Assembly: GCA_965197905.1 (NCBI GenBank)
Contig: CBDAOB010000004.1
Span: forward strand, 832,001 to 896,000
Direction: 5' to 3'
DNA from: Candidatus Latescibacterota bacterium
Lineage (GTDB): Bacteria; Latescibacterota; UBA2968; UBA8231
Length of the DNA stretch: 64,000 bases
The notes under the pieces were generated by a model that saw only the letters and a program-made list of their open reading frames with translations, was not told where the DNA came from and searched no databases. The position numbers and the translations under genes were made by a program. The stretch's first letter is position 1. Every line of letters begins with the position of its first letter. Of the stretch, positions 62,149-64,000 are shown one piece after another.

Positions 62149-63786
62149 CTAGCCCTTGTAGTGAACATATAGCTGCACCGCGTCCAGCACGGGGGGTGTC
62201 TGCATGGATTCATCCCGTTTCCTCGCCACTAGCTCAACCCTGTTCTCCCCCCTGTTGACCTGAGAGGGTCTTAGCTGGCATTCCAGCCACTGCCCCGCCG
62301 AGTGTGTCTGCGTAGGGCCGGCTGGCTTGAGGTCATCGAGAGGTTCATTATTGAGTTTCACTTCTATGTCGTCATTGCTTGCAAACTCCCAGAGGTGGAG
62401 ACGAAATCGCAACTCGGCGGCATTGCTAGACTCCACATCCTCACCCACCTGAAAGTGGACGCTGACGGGTCCTCCTTGCGTCAGCTCCAGTTCGCATACG
62501 TCACTGAAGCTGGAGTCACCACCGAACCGGTCCACGCCGAATATCTTGTCCTTGCCAGCCATAGTCGCGGGATCTCCGATCTCTCTCCACAGGTCGTGCT
62601 TGGCGAAAAAAGCGTTGAAGATGTAGATGCCGTCCGCGCCGGCGTTGAACAGGTTCGTCGCCGCAGCACGCCATGCCGCCATGGTTCCTTCCCACGAATT
62701 GAACGTCACCGCATAAGACGGCCTGTTGATACGCGCAGGCTGTCCGCCGTACAGCGTGCTCAACCACGACTCAAATCTGCGGTGTTCTGCCGCTCCTAGA
62801 TCGAGAAAAGCCCAATGGCCCCAGAAACTCCAGTCGATACAGGGATACACCGGCACGTCGTATTTGTGCCCCAGGTCCACGATCTCCTTGAACGACTCCG
62901 TCATCTCCGACTCGTAGCGACCGCCTGCAATCAAAATGTCGATAAGATCTGCTTGCAGCCATTTTTCCAGGTCTAACCCAACGAAACGTGCATCCGGAAG
63001 ATTGAAAGGTACGCGAGCCGCCAGCAGCACGGGACGCCCCCTTTGCTGCCCTGCTTGGTCTGCCATCTTCCTCAATCGCCGCACCAGGTCTGTCATTATG
63101 TCCAGGTGTTGCTGCTCGACGGGAAGCCACTCTAGCGTCTCGCGGAAATAAGGGAATCTCTTGAAGAAATCCATCTCTATCCCATCCACGTCGTAGTTCT
63201 GGGCGACCTCCTGGATCAACGAGAATATGTGCTCCCGGACCTGTTGAAGACTGAAGTCGAGATAAGACCAGTATTTATTGTGTGCCTTTCCCTCAATCCA
63301 GTCCCCGGGGTCGCCCATCACATATTCCGGATGTTCCCGCTTGAAGTGATCCAGAGGGAATGTCCATCTGCGCGAACCCTCGGGAAAGGAATCGGCTGCG
63401 TCGTTCATGCGCAATGACCAGAATACCTCTATGTCATTCTCGCCGCAGAAATCTGTTTGAATCCGCAGGTTATCGCGTCCATACTTCTCCACGAGCTCTT
63501 GGGGTACTCCTTTTCCGTAGAACCCGCCCAATTTCGTGTGGTGCGAGAACATGACGCCGGCCATACAACTGCAGTAGGAGATACTGTCCACCTGTGTCCC
63601 AACCAGCGGCCTGCTGCGAGCATTGAGAAAGTCATCGATCAGCTCAGCCCCGCTGCGCGCGAACAGCTTCTCCTCGACGTCATGACGACGTTCCACTCCC
63701 GTCCACGCCTCTCTCACGTCGTTTCCATCATTATTGTAAATGATGCGACGCTCGCGCCAGCGCGCGGCTCTCCTCTTCTCGTCCAT
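62149..63786 (-). CDS. GHL10-like TIM-barrel hydrolase
   Basis: IIYNNDG, SLRMND, YDVDGIEMDFF, GADGIYIFN; GGAGG RBS. Confidence 0.75.
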   Translation of the reverse strand: MDEKRRAARWRERRIIYNNDGNDVREAWTGVERRHDVEEKLFARSGAELIDDFLNARSRPLVGTQVDSISYCSCMAGVMFSHHTKLGGFYGKGVPQELVEKYGRDNLRIQTDFCGENDIEVFWSLRMNDAADSFPEGSRRWTFPLDHFKREHPEYVMGDPGDWIEGKAHNKYWSYLDFSLQQVREHIFSLIQEVAQNYDVDGIEMDFFKRFPYFRETLEWLPVEQQHLDIMTDLVRRLRKMADQAGQQRGRPVLLAARVPFNLPDARFVGLDLEKWLQADLIDILIAGGRYESEMTESFKEIVDLGHKYDVPVYPCIDWSFWGHWAFLDLGAAEHRRFESWLSTLYGGQPARINRPSYAVTFNSWEGTMAAWRAAATNLFNAGADGIYIFNAFFAKHDLWREIGDPATMAGKDKIFGVDRFGGDSSFSDVCELELTQGGPVSVHFQVGEDVESSNAAELRFRLHLWEFASNDDIEVKLNNEPLDDLKPAGPTQTHSAGQWLECQLRPSQVNRGENRVELVARKRDESMQTPPVLDAVQLYVHYKG

Positions 63787-64000
63787 TGAGCTCCTCCTTT
63801 TGTGCAGAATCGCCACGCCCGTTTGCAGCCCAAAAAAACGCCGAGCAACCGAGGCGGCGAGCCTTGCCGTAACTGACGATAATGCCAATTATTTGCCCTA
63901 TCCTCAGCCGCTGACCGGCCATTGTGCCCAGTTCAGTCAGATTCATACGTCATCGTGGTCGGTTCGTCCGCCCGTGAGTTCGCGGTCGTGGCTGTGGCGC

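Overview
A mosaic, accessory-type bacterial region with no rRNA, tRNA, CRISPR or core housekeeping genes. A C-terminal 'QNYPNPFN' sorting domain, a 986-aa secreted protein and the paralogue content suggest an FCB-group organism such as Latescibacterota (inference). The window is dominated by two expanded, signal-peptide-less hydrolase families: four GHL10-like (family-10 glycosylhydrolase-like) TIM-barrel genes and seven GH32/43/130-like beta-propeller genes. These are mixed with PhyH dioxygenases, SDRs, a nitrilase, RraA, sugar isomerases and a MetE-like enzyme. The accessory elements are: (i) a DUF3419/BtaA-like + GNAT + heme-oxygenase-like diiron oxidase operon; (ii) an ISKra4-like IS with TIRs and an 8-bp TSD splitting an amidase; (iii) an integrase-less array of attC-bounded cassettes carrying defence-like genes (Abi_C/HEPN, PLD nuclease, DUF4062-TPR, two membrane proteins); (iv) TA modules, including an unassigned pair with an operator palindrome; (v) a 162-bp MITE; and (vi) three 'collapsed' paralogues in which a gene start is fused in frame to its stop, leaving mini-ORFs at operon positions. 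Many frameshifts and short duplicated patches are present. Some may be sequencing or assembly artefacts and need checking against reads.
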